A stretch of DNA of 56,666 nucleotides, filler included, from Jimgerdemannia flammicorona (taxonomy: Eukaryota): NCBI GenBank assembly GCA_003990765.1. It is 3 parts of 3 records of this genome, joined end to end, with 100 filler letters (N's around TTAATTAATTAA, not from the genome) between each part and the next. Parts side by side here need not be neighbours in the genome. Positions count along the whole stretch, not along the records: positions 18,925 to 37,745 come from RBNJ01002102.1; 2 more parts are not named here. One strand, written 5' to 3'. Of this stretch, positions 24,061 through 36,398 are shown in pieces; position 1 is the first letter of the stretch, and every line of letters begins with the position of its first letter. The position numbers and the translations under genes were made by a program. The notes below the pieces were generated by a model. That model made no database searches. It worked only from the letters and a program-made list of their open reading frames with translations, and was not told the DNA's origin.

Positions 24061-27000
24061 ATTCACGTGAATTTTCCCATTTGGCTAGACTCGGCCTTAT
24101 GGCCCGAAGCTATTCCAAAATAAGAAAGCAGTCACTTTGATTAGCTAAGCTTCTCATCAGGTATAAATACCCCCTTTCCCATTATTTTTTTGTTGCACAA
24201 ACAAAGGTCACATGACGTGCGTTTCACAATTTCACAAACACAAACAAACACACCTTTGCCTATTCTGGCAATGTCGGCTACCTCCTCTATCATCGGTGAT
24301 GATGGCAATGCCACCCACCTCTTCGCGCACTTCGGCGCCACTCTCCACTACGCTGAATGTCGCAGCATCGGTCTTCTTTCCCTCGGCTTCGGCGAGGGTA
24401 GCCTTACGGCGATGTGCAGGTCATGCGGGGATGCACGAGTGATATCGTCGTATTTATCTTCCCTGTGCAACATGGAAGATGACGAAGAAATCGCGATTTC
24501 TTCCAATTCGGACCACGATGCCCAGTGCCCCCCCTACTCTCTCATGCTCCCGCCCCTCAATCGGAATAAGCGTGGTTGCCCAAACACTAGTTTGGGAATG
24601 ACCCTGACTGCCGGTCATGCGGGCCCCTCAGCCGACCCTGATCTGGTCACGAAGATGGTCATGATGAGGAAGCAGATCTCAGATCTGCTGACTCAAGTGG
24701 CCGATTTGGCCAAGATCAATGCCCAGCTGATAGCACAGCTTGCTGCACATCATGCGCCCACCACCCCCCGTCATCTGGTGCTCCTTTGGGAAGTACCCCC
24801 GCCGCCCTTTCCACATCCGCCCCCCCCAAGTTCTTGGCCCCCCTCCTACTGGTCCTGCCGCGAACACGCGGACAAAGGTCCAGAAGTGAGCGGACAAGCG
24901 GGCCGCTAAAGCCACTGTATCGCAGTCTGGTGCACCGCCGAAGGAGGCAACTCCCATGGCTGTACCTCTGGCCACTAAAGCCGCGCTCCCTAAAAAGGGC
25001 AAGGCCAAGGCTCCTGGGCCAGTGCCCCAGGTTACACCTGTGGGACCCAGCGCCACCGGTCCATCTTTGTCCTCCGCTTCGACCCCCATCCCCCCTAAAT
25101 CGTATGCCGCCGCTGCCAAAAAGGTCTCTATCAAAGATAGGATGCAGGCCTACCCCGAAACAGAAAGGGCCGCTGCCGCTACCGCCCTTTTACACATGAC
25201 CCACAAGCCGACCTCTCATTTGTCGCCAACTGAGAAGGGCGCTAGGCTGCAGCGTGTTTACGTTGATGGATTTGCCCATCTAAAGATCAGACAGATCCGG
25301 AAGAACCTGTACGACATCCATGTGATGTTGTCAAAGGTTCTCAATATGTCATACATCTCGGCGTCGACCATCGAATTCCTGCTCTGCCCTGATTATGTCA
25401 CAGCATTCCAAAAGAAGATGAAGGCACTTGGGTTCTCAGTGCTGTCAACCTGGGACCCCACTCTCTCATGCAACAAGAACGCCACGGAGGCCGTGAAGAC
25501 ACAGGTACTCCAATCATTCCATGCTCGGGTCCGGCAGTTGGCAGGCGAAGCCACTGCGAAGAGGCCTGAGGTGCAGACCTTCTACAGAGTGTGGGCCGCG
25601 GAACTCGGCCTCACTCTCCCCTCCCCCGCCTCCCCGTTGGCAGGCCCTGCTTCGAAGGCAGGTGGTACTGTGGCCATGATGGGTGACATGGCGATGGATT
25701 TGGAGGCTGAAGCCTCCGCCTCAGGTGCTTCTCACGCTGTTGGTGCTACCACACCCGGCCCGCAATGAGAGTCGGGTTCCTCAATGCATATGGACTACCC
25801 CAGGACAAGTTTGATGTACTCAGTTGGTTGATTGGTCCTGCCTTCGACATTCTTTTTATATGTGAAATATGGCACATTCCGCTGCATCCCTCTCCGATCA
25901 TTCACATGTCCTCTCCCCCGGCGTCGCACAGAATCGTGGGACACCAGAATGGTGGTCTCGTGGTCCTCATGTCAAACCGTTTTGCCCCCCTCATTTCTGG
26001 GTCCTCCGCCGACCCCTTCCATATCTGGCTCATGTTCCAGAGCTTGGCTTTGGTTGGGGTATATGCCCCGCCCTCTCTTCCCATTGGTGGCTTCCGTGAT
26101 CTGGTGTCTGGACCCTTTCCGGGTAAGGCCCTTTTGATTGGTGACATCAATACCCATTTCGGTGCCCGCCTTAGTGACATCAACTCTGGTCCCCGTGATC
26201 GGATGGATGTCGTCGACACCTCTCTGATGACATGGTCGTTGAACCATCTGACCCCGGTGGCTGGATCCACACGCATTGACCACGCGTTCGCCACCGCATC
26301 CCTCCATATGTCCCTCACCTATTCCACCCCTCCTGTCGCTACCGATCACCCCTCCCTCCTTACCATCTCCTTCCCCTTCTCTCCCTCGCCGGTTGCTGCC
26401 TTGGCTGGCATCCGTCGTTACTCTGCGAGATACCTGACCGATCCGGTCATTCAAGCTCACCTCCGGGAATCAGCAGATATCGTTTGCGATACTGTTATCA
26501 GGTCCATCTACTCTGTCAGAGATCACATCGCTGGCTTTCACTCTGTGGAAGATTGCCAGCAGTTTGTGGATTCTCTTGACGCCCTTTTGACCTCTGGTCT
26601 ACAGTCAGTCTGTGAGGACATTCTTGGCTCATATGACGTAAGAGAGATCAGGACAGTGCCGCTCCCTAGGCAGGACCTCCTCCGCAGTGCATCTTCGGTC
26701 TCTGATGCCTTCTGTGGTTTCAAGCGAGCATATCGCTCCACCCCCTCCGTGCCCCTTCAATCCCGCTCCCCCAATGTCCCAGTGTTCGATGATGTGGTTG
26801 CTCACTTTACTACTATCTTCGGCCAGCCGGACACCTCCCTCCATCTTGATGACTCTGAAGACGTCTTCCTCCTTGGCATCGGAGCTCTTGGGCTGTAGTC
26901 TTGGTTTGACCAACCTGCGGTTTGGAGAGCTATCTGTAGCTACCCCCTCTCAAAGGCATGTGGTGCTGACTCCTTGCATGTCCGGATCCTTCGGGTGATG

Positions 27001-29220
27001 GCAGGCGAGGGGGACGCCCCTTGTAGCCTTTCAAAGGCCCTCTCGTTCTTCTTCCAGATGTGCGTGGTCTGTGGGCTCACTCCCCGCTGCTGGAACTCAG
27101 CCATCATCACCCCGGTCCCCAAGAAGGAGGAATCGCGAATGATCAATGGATTTCACCCTATTGCTCTGACTGAAATGTTTTGTAGACTCTTCGAGCGGTG
27201 TTTGGAAGGATACATCAAGAGCCGAAGTGGCCTGACAGAAATGTCACGCTGCCAAGGTGGCTTCCGAACCTGCTTCTCATCCCTTTCTCATGTCTTGCTC
27301 TCGCACGAGACATGGGCCAAGGGATGGGGCCGTCGTGTCTTTCTGGACCTCCGGCAGGCATATGATCGAGTCCCCCTCAAGTGCATTCTTTCTCGCCTTG
27401 AGGCACAAGGTGCCAATGTGGCCCTCCTTAGCATTATTCGAAGCCTGTTCAATCACTGTTCTTACCAGGTGGTTGTTAATGGCCTCGTCACCCCTTCAGT
27501 CCCCACTGAGCATAGCCTCTTCCAGGGCTCCCTCCTCTCCCCTTGGCTGTTTGATATCTTTATCGATCCTCCCGCCGCCTCCTTTGATGAGCAGTTCAAG
27601 GAGTACAACTTCCCCCTAGGGCTTTTCTTTGCTGATGACATCGCCCTTACCCCCTGCACCGCCACGGAAGGGCAAAGGATGGTTGATTTCTGTGAAGATT
27701 GGCTCCAGGTGAACGGTATGGAGCTCAACCCCAAGAAGTGTGGTTATGTTGGCCCGGCTGACTGTACTGTGCTGATTGGGGGCGAACCCTGCCCGTGACC
27801 CACCTCCTACGTGTACCTGGGCATGCCGTACACCAACAAAGGGTTTGATTTTGTTGACCTGGCATTGCAGAATGCGGCAAAGGCGGAACATACTCTTGGT
27901 TTCTGCCATGCCCGTGGTCCCCTCTGGTCGCCAATGGTCAAGTTGGCCATCTTATGTACTTTTATCAGGCCTCAGCTAGAGTATGGCCTCCCCCTTCTAC
28001 GAGCTTCCTGCCCGGCTACTACCACAGGGCTTCAGGTGTTGAAGCATCCCGAGCAGGTCATTGATGACGCTGTCGCCTGGGCGGTTGGATTTTCTGGCCA
28101 TCTCTTGCTTGGCAACTTGATTCTTGGCCTCCCTTCCTTCCTTCGTCATACATCTGATCTCTGCTGCATGTTCCAAGCCTACCTGGATTGGTGCAGTAAG
28201 TCGGGCAACAACCCTATCAGCCCCCTTAGCGAGCGCTTTGTCATGCATCCCCTGGGTTCTATAATTGACAAGTTCCAGCGTTGGACCTCTTGGCTTGACT
28301 TCCTTGACTGGTACTGGGACCTTCGTCCCCAGGTCCGCAAAACTCGCTCGCTCCGCTCCTTCCTCCAGTCCTTCCTTCGGGACCAGCTGCTGCAGGAATG
28401 GGCCTCCTCTTCCCAGGCTCTCGTTCGGTATATCACTCCCAAAGGCCGCTTGCGGTCGAGGGGTGCCGATCGTGTCCTCTCCTTCCCCCCCTGGCTTGTG
28501 CGTTCTGTGCTCACCTGGCGCTATGGCTATTTTGGCCAACCCCGCCCCTGCTCCTGTGAAGATAAGTTTCATCATGGCCATTTCCTCAGGTGCGGTCTTC
28601 TCGATGGCTCTTATTCTGCTTTCCGAGGTTCTTCGGATCGAGCTGAACAGCTCAACTAGTTTACCAATAACGAATGGCAGGAGGAGCTTTGCGCCTACCC
28701 TCTTCACGCTCTTCACGAGACAGCCTACCACACTATCGATGCCATGTATAATTCTGGTGGCCACCTTGCAGTCGGGTTCTGCCTGACCGAGATTACAAAG
28801 ATGCTTGGGTGATCGAGCGATCGCACATTTTCTTTACTTCTTTCTTTTCCCTCATTCGTCTGGTTGGTTCCCTTGTTGTTGAGAGCGCATTGAGTTATTC
28901 ATCTCATTTCAGTCGTTTGGTGTTTAGTTGTCGATATGGTTCATGTAGTTGGTGCTGGGCGAATGTGTATTATTTCTTAGCCTTTCTTTTCCTTGCTTTT
29001 GCATTTATTATCCTTACGGCCATAACAAAATGGTTTTATCCAGCCCGTCCATAGGGTGGTCACCTCTCTGGCCTTTGTTTTGTACTTCCTAGCTAGTTGT
29101 TTACTTCACTGGCCTTGTTCTGCTTTTCTCATCTTAGGAGTCTTTGTCTTTTGTTGCTCCGATGTATCTTATCTTCTCTACAATGAATAAATTCTTACTT
29201 GAAGCCTAACCCTAACCCTA
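24061..29220 (+). mobile_element. Telomere-tailed LINE, copy T2 (apparently full length, head-to-tail with T1, period 5160 bp)
   Basis: Colinear with T1. ORF1 24271-25768; ORF2 25765-28812 is a single frame with stops at 26896 (TAG), 27796 (TGA) and 28657 (TAG); tail CCTAACCCTAACCCTA at 29205-29220. Confidence 0.95.
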
Positions 29221-31920
29221 CCTGTTCATTCACCTAATATGTTTAAACCCTTACATTACCCTACCATGCTCTGCCCATATCTCCTAATGAGTTCATGTTC
29301 TCCAAATCCTCCTATATATCCAGACCACTACTCCTCCTACCTGCATTTCTCTCTCCATCAGTTCTATCCACCTGTGGGTTCCTTACTATATTAAAATCTC
29401 AACATAGAATATCTACTCCGTCCTCCAAGAGAACACTCTCTTCTAGCAGAGTCCTAATTTATATGATCCTCTCACCCCTAACTATATGGCAGTAGCAGAA
29501 GCAAACTCTTACTAATTTCTACATAGGTTGATGCCATTCTCTCCAGACTAACTGGTCACCCTAGCTTCTGATACCTCCTAAATCTTCTCTCTTTTTTCTC
29601 ACTAGAATTATCACTTTGCCATTCTAAGCAGTAACACCACCATTACCCTATTCTCTAGCCCACTCCATCTGATCCTCCTCACCCTTACATCATATATCCT
29701 GCAGTAAAAAGAGATCAGCCTCCAAACTCTTAAGCTAAGAAAAAATGTTCTTACACCACCCAGATCTCTATAACTTATTCATATTTAGAGAGAAAATATT
29801 AGTTGTACTATTCATAAGGAATAATATTGTTTAGTAATTATGCCTTCTACAAATCTGCATTCAACTCCTCCTATACCAAGTCCAAGTTATGTTCTACTAC
29901 CAGCATCTTCGCTTCATCTACCTATGCCTCCAATCTAGTCAAAAATTCAGTCATCACTCTAGCCTCTTTTTCCTCAAAGTCCTCATGGTATTCCAGACAT
30001 ACCTCCTGCCAGAGTTGTAACCCATAACACTCTGCCCAACAGTAAGCAGCTCGCTCACCAGCAACAACTGCTAACCCTGCCTCTCTTACCTTATTAATCT
30101 CATATCTCCCCTCCTCCATGTAAATTGCAAGTATCTCCACCTTCAGTACCTCTACCACCCCATAGCCCTACAAGATCTATGCTCAATACTCCTCAGACAT
30201 TACACATAAGTCTACCTTCTCTAACTCCTCAGTGATAAGGTTATCCATCATCTTGCTTATCTAGAGCAAGTTCCACACCTCTTTCCCTCCTGGTGTCTCT
30301 GTCCTTCTCACAACCAGTATCATAGTATCAACTACTATACTGGTCATCTTATCCTACCTCTCCTCTTGGATATCCACCAACTCATCCTTGCTAACTACTA
30401 CTACTTGTCTGTCTTTTGCTATATCAGGAACCCAAAAGTGAACCCACTGAGTACCTTTCATCAGCACATTCTCTGTCTCCTGACCCCTTGTAGCTGGACC
30501 CCTCTTAATTAAAGGGGGAGTATTATTCAAGATTGGTTTCTAGACTTCAAATGTGCCATCTGCAAAGGGGTCTGTATGTAGTATCTTCTCAGCTCCTTTC
30601 TGATCCTCTGCCACATCTCCTCCTCTCTTACTAGCCCAGACACTCACCTCTATTCCCTCAGACTTTTCTGTACTCCCAGTCTTCATCTTCATTCTACCAT
30701 TCAAGCTTGCTAGCAACTCTCTCTTCCTTCTATATCCTTGAGCCTACTCTCACTGTCTCCTGTTAATATAGATATATTTCCCATCCACAACCTCTAGATA
30801 TATTGACTCTTTATATAGCTTTTAGGCTTTTGCTCTCCTCTCCATAGCACAACTCAACTTCTCCAGAGCCTCCAACAAGTCCTTCTCCTCCTCTTCACTC
30901 TCTTTCATCCTTAATATCTTACAGACAAAAGCCCCCCACATTAGCACTGAGGGCCCATCACCTGTCTTCCCTGTGGTCTCTTTCTCTGCCAGTCAAATCC
31001 TGACATCGATGTCACCTATCCTAAATGTAGTCCCCTCCCACATCTGAAAGCCAATGTCTACAATGTCACCATAATCAACCATCACCTCTGCCACCCTCCT
31101 TCTAGTCTCCTTCTTTGTTACCATAAGCACTCTTCTTACTAGAAACCATACTATCCTGGGGTTCCACCTCAAGCACTACACTATGGGGACCACTACTTTC
31201 CCAACTACTGCTCTAGTCTTCAGGGTCTTGTCCAGTAGACCTGCCTCTTCAAAGCCTACCTCAACCCCCTTCAGACCCTTCAGGAACTTCACTGAGAGTA
31301 CTCCAGTCATCTGCTTTAAAATAAGCCCCAGAACCATCCTTGCCATCACTGCTAAGCCCTGGAAATACAAAGTAGCTGTAAACTCCGAGATTGACTTCTT
31401 GAGCAATGAGGCCCCACCAGCGCCATTACAATATCTATCAGATCCCCCTTCTACATTGGGAACCCCTGCTCCATCTGGCCATCAGCCATCACATCTCTTT
31501 TTTTTTCCTAATTTCCCATCAACAGTCACACCCCCAGCCACAGCCCCTTCAGCCCCTATACTCACATCTTCCACCTGAGGGCTACCCCCCCTCCTGATGC
31601 TAGCCTTACTCTTCTCCTCAGTAGCACCTGCCCTGGTTCTAGCAGGCCATCTACTCACCTTCACCTTGTCAGCAAAACTAGAGAGACCAGGCCTTTTCCT
31701 AGATCCACCCAATATCAGTTCTCCTCCAGAGTCTTTGCCACCCTTCGACTCTTCAAAAGCCCCTATCTCCAATCTATAATCTCTCTCCACATACTATCAA
31801 CTGAAAGCCCCAGGTCTACCCAACCCAGCATACCCATCAGAACTCTTGCTCAATAATATTTTTATAAACCTTTTCTTCAAGTTGTGTTGAAAACAATTGC
31901 TTGAAGTTTATATAATATGA
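29221..31920 (-). mobile_element. L1/Tx1-like LINE, copy D: 5' UTR, ORF1 and start of APE only, cut at the T2 telomeric tail
   Basis: LKKSISEFTATL...VKFLKGL and GLQLWQEVCLEY match ORF1 of copies A and B; homology stops within the endonuclease at 29221. Confidence 0.85.
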
Positions 31921-31942
31921 ATTATATAGGAGAAAGGTTTTA

Positions 31943-33961
31943 GTTTCATAGACTCTTCAAGTAGTGTTTAGAAGGTTATATCAATAGCCAAAGTAGCCTA
32001 ACAGAAATGTCATACTGCCAAGGTGGCTTACAAATCTGCTTCTTATCCCTTTTCTATATCTTGCTCTCACATGAGACATGGGCCAAGAGATGGGACTACT
32101 GTATCTTTCTTGATCTCCAGCAGGCATATAATAAAGTCTCCCTCAAGCTCATTCTTTCTCGACTTGAGGTGCAAGATACTAATGCAGCCCTACTTAGCAT
32201 TATTAGCAATCTCTTCAATTATTGTTTCTATCAAGTGGTTGTCAATAGCCTCATTACCTCTTCAGTCCCCACTGAGCATAGGCTTTTCCAAAACTCTCTC
32301 CTCTCCTCCTGGCTCTTTAATATCTTTATTGACCCCTTCACCATCTCTTTTGATGAACAGTTTAAGGAGTATAACTCTCTCCTTAAGCTCTTCTTTGCTG
32401 ATAATATTGTCCTTACCCCCTATACTGCCATGAAAGCACAAAAGATGATTGACTTCTGTAAGGATTGACTCTTGGTAAATAGTATGGAACTCAATCCCAA
32501 AAAGTGTGGTTATGTTGACCTAGCTGACTATACTGTATAGATTGAGGGTGAGCTATACCTGCAACCCCCCTCCTATATATACTTAGGTGTGCCATATACT
32601 AATAAAGGATTTGACTTTGTCAGTCTAGTTTTACAGAATATAGTAAAGGTGGAATGTTCTACCATGCCCATGGTCCTTTATGGTTGCTAATAATCAAGCT
32701 GGCCATCATATGCACTTTCATTAGGCCTCAGCTAAAATATAGTCTTTTCTTTCTATGAGCTTCCTGTCTGGCTACTACTATGGAGCTTCAGATATTAAAG
32801 CATCTTGAGCAGGTCTTTGATGATACTATTACTTGGGTGGTCAGATTTTCTGGCCTTTCCTTACTTAGCAGTTTGATTCTTGACCTTTTCTTCTTCCTTT
32901 AACATATGTTGGACCTCTACTATATATTCCAATCCTATCTGGATTGATGTAGCAATTCTGACAACAACCCCATCAGCCACCTTAGTGAGCAGTTTATCAT
33001 ACATCTCCTGGATTCTATTATTGATAAGTTCTAGCATTAGATCTCTTGGCTTGACTTCCTCGCTAGTACTGAGACCTTCGTCCCTAGGTCTGCAAGACTT
33101 GCTCACTCCACTCTTTCTTTCAGTCATTCCTCTAGGATTAGCTACTCCAGAAATGGGCCTCCTCCTCTCAGGCACTCATTCAGTACATCACTCCCAAAGG
33201 CTACTTGCAGTCTTGTGATACTGATTACATCCTCTCCTTCCTACACTAGCTTGTATATTCTGTGCTTATCTGGCACTATGGCTACTTTGGCCAGCCCCAC
33301 CTCTGCCTCTATTAAAATAAGTTTCATCATGGCCACCTCCTCAGGTGTGGTCTTCTCAACAATTCCTATTCTACCTTCTGAGATAATTCTGATTATAATG
33401 AACAGCTCAATTGATTTACCAATGATGAATGATAGGAAGAACTTCATACCTACCCTCTTTATGCTCTTTACGTGACAGTCTACAATACTATTGATATAAT
33501 GTGTAATTGGTAGCTATCTCATAGTTGGGTTCTGTCTGACTGAGATTATGAAGATGCTTAGGTAATCAAGCAATTGAATATTTTCTTTATTTCCTTCTTT
33601 CCCCTCATTCACCTTAGTTGGTTTCCTTATTGTTGAGAGCATATTGAGTTATATATCTCATATTAGTCATTTGGTATTTAGGTAACAATATTATTCCTAT
33701 AGTTGATGCTGGGCATTTGTGTATTCTATCTTAGCTTCTCTCTTCTTTGCTTTCGCATTTATTATCTTTATAGCTATAATAAAATAATTTATCTAACCCA
33801 TCCATAGAGTGCTCACCTCTCTGGCCTTTGTTTATTCTTCTTAGCTAGTTGTTTACTTTGCTGGCCTCTTTTGGCTTTTCTCATCTTAGGAGTCTTTACC
33901 ATTTGGTACTCTGATATATCTTATCTTCTCTACAATGAATAAATTCTTACTTGAAGCCTAA
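31943..33961 (+). mobile_element. Telomere-tailed LINE, copy T3 (RT to 3' end, heavily mutated)
   Basis: SHETWAKRW...LDLQQAYNKV...FQNSLLSSW...FADNI; ends AATAAATTCTTACTTGAAGCCTAA. Confidence 0.9.
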
Positions 33962-34934
33962 TAATAACTCTATCAACTCTCTTAGTAAATATTTTATAAT
34001 ATACTCCTCTGATTCTATTTTTGATAGATTCTCTTATTAGATTTCTTATCTTGACTTTCTTAATTAGTACTAGGATTTCTGTCTTTAGATATATAAGATA
34101 TATATATATACTTTACCTCTTTCTCTAGATATTTCTTTAAGACTAACTATTATGGAAATAAATCTCTTTTTCAGTACTTACTTATATAATATATAATAAC
34201 TTATAACTACTTATAGTCATGAGAGATTAATCATATTCTCATCTTTTCTCTTTAACTTATATATTCTATACTTATCTAATACTATAACTACTTTGGCTAT
34301 CTCTATTTCTATCTTTATATAGATCAGTTCTACTATAGCTATCTTTATAAGTATAGTCTCTTGATGATTTATCTGAGATATTTTTAGTTATAAATAACTT
34401 AACTAATTCATCTATATTAAATAGTAGAAAAAACTTTGATCTTTTCTCTTTATACTTTTTATAGATATATATAATTCTGACTGCTATCTTATATTATCTC
34501 TTCAAAATTATAATAATACTTATATGATCAAATAATTAAATATTTTTTTTTATTTTCTTTTTTCTTATATATTTTAATTAATTCTCTTATTATTTAGAGT
34601 ATTTTGAATTATTTATTTTATATAAATCATTAGTATTCAGTTGATAATATATTATTTATAGTTAGTATCAGATATATTTATATTTGATATAGTTTTATTT
34701 ATTTTTAATTATATATTTTTTATTTTCTTTATAACTTGATAAAATAGTTTATTTAATTAATTCCTAAAATAGAATATCTTATTAGTCTTTGTTTAGTTTC
34801 TTCTTTATTAGTTTTTTACTTTACTGACCTCTTTTTACTTTTTATTCTGATAAGTAGTAGTTGTTTTTGATAGTCATATCTGCTATAAGATATTAATATC
34901 TACAGTTATATCATCTTTTCTAAAATAAATAAAC

Positions 34935-36095
34935 TATTATCTCTGCTATCTTACTGGTTACAAAATTGGGTAGGTGATCTTTTGAGTTCTCTTTTTATAA
35001 CTTATACTCTCTCTATCTCAGGTTAGTTTGCTATACCTATTGTAGAGCTATAAGAGTGAGACAATAGTGATAAGTTACTCCTTTATTGATATTATATCAG
35101 TATCTTCTCAACTTTTTTATAGTTTCTAATATCTTCAGCTATATCTGGAATATATCTGTTTTAGTACAGCACTCTTTTTTTTTTACTGTCATTAATAATA
35201 TATCATCTGATATATTTATTACATATAGAGTTGGTCAATCTTAGATATTAAGTACTAGTATAGATTATCTACAGGTCTTCAGTATCTATAATAGGGCTCT
35301 CTGAGCTTTGGTGAGCTTTCTAGTATATATAGTTCTAGTATAAATAACTGCTTTTTGAGTAGAGTTAGATTGGAAGAGGAGATGGTCATCATAGATAAGA
35401 GAAAGATCAATTATAGTAAATCAGTAGAGTATTAGACTGAGAGCAGTCATTAAGGCTAGAGTGGGTACTGTATTGATGGAGCTTTCTGATTGATGCAAGG
35501 TAATTAGATAATAGATATTTTACTTAACTACTTTTAGTGATTTGTAAGATTAGGTCCTGATATTAAAGATAATTGAGAGACCCAAGACTACTTAAATTAG
35601 AAATCTTAGCTATACTTAACAGGAATTGGAAGCTAATATAATAATATGATTAAGGCTTATAAACTTGAGTAGTGGGGTATTAGAAGTCTCTTCTTATCTT
35701 ATATATAAGTTCTCTACTTATCTTATTGAGGCAAGTCAGGTTTTATCTACTATTCTATACTTTGAGAAGGGTTTTTTTTTATCTGTTACTCTCCTTAGAG
35801 TGATAGGGGCTATGTTAATTTTCTTGGTTATAGTCTTATATATATATTGAGATTCTAGGTATATATCTAAAGTTTGCATTTATTACTCTCTTATAGTAGA
35901 TAGAGTATGGTATACAGAATGATTTATGGGCAATTTTGCTCTACTATACTTGATATAGTTGAGCTACTGGACAATAGTTAGCCTAGGTTTAATGAGAGTA
36001 TAGTGCTCAGTAGGTAGTGAGAGAGAATTTTGACCTATATAGTCTAGATTTCCTTTTAATAAAATCTCTGAGACTTTAGATCAGGTAAAAAAAAT
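34935..36095 (+). mobile_element. Non-autonomous ~1.15-kb retroposon, copy S3
   Basis: Starts tctctgctatcttactggttacaaaattgggtagg (same 5' end as S4) and ends AATAAAATCT...AAAAAAAA. Confidence 0.85.
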
Positions 36096-36114
36096 AAAAT
36101 AAAATAAAATATAC

Positions 36115-36284
36115 TATTACTTAAAGCATAACTCTAACTATTACTATAATAAATAAATTATTGTATATAGGGTTGTAGCTACTAGAGTAGTTTATAGGCT
36201 ATATGTTTATTATTAATTAAAAAAAAAAAATAAAAAAAAAAATTAAATAAATTATTACTTAAAGCCTAACTCTAATTCTAACTC
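36115..36284 (+). repeat. Two relic 3' ends of the telomere-tailed LINE family
   Basis: TATTACTTAAAGCATAACTCTAAC (36115-36138) and AATAAATTATTACTTAAAGCCTAACTCTAATTCTAACTC (36246-36284), versus T1 AATAAATTCTTACTTGAAGCCTAACCCTAACCC. Confidence 0.7.
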
Positions 36285-36398
36285 TTAAATATATTATTTT
36301 CTATAAAAGAATATATCTCTGATCTAGATTTTTTCTAAATAGTTTAAGTAAATAATAATCGTGGTGACATTTATATGTATTGATTTTTCCTTCGAATA

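Noticed and set aside
24100..24170. CTGATGA on the minus strand of the T2 5' UTR as a hammerhead ribozyme core
   Set aside because: No stem II followed by GAAA, antisense orientation, and T1 has CCGATGA.
33962..34934. AT-rich stretch, possibly another decayed element
   Set aside because: No motif, terminus or homology could be read reliably.
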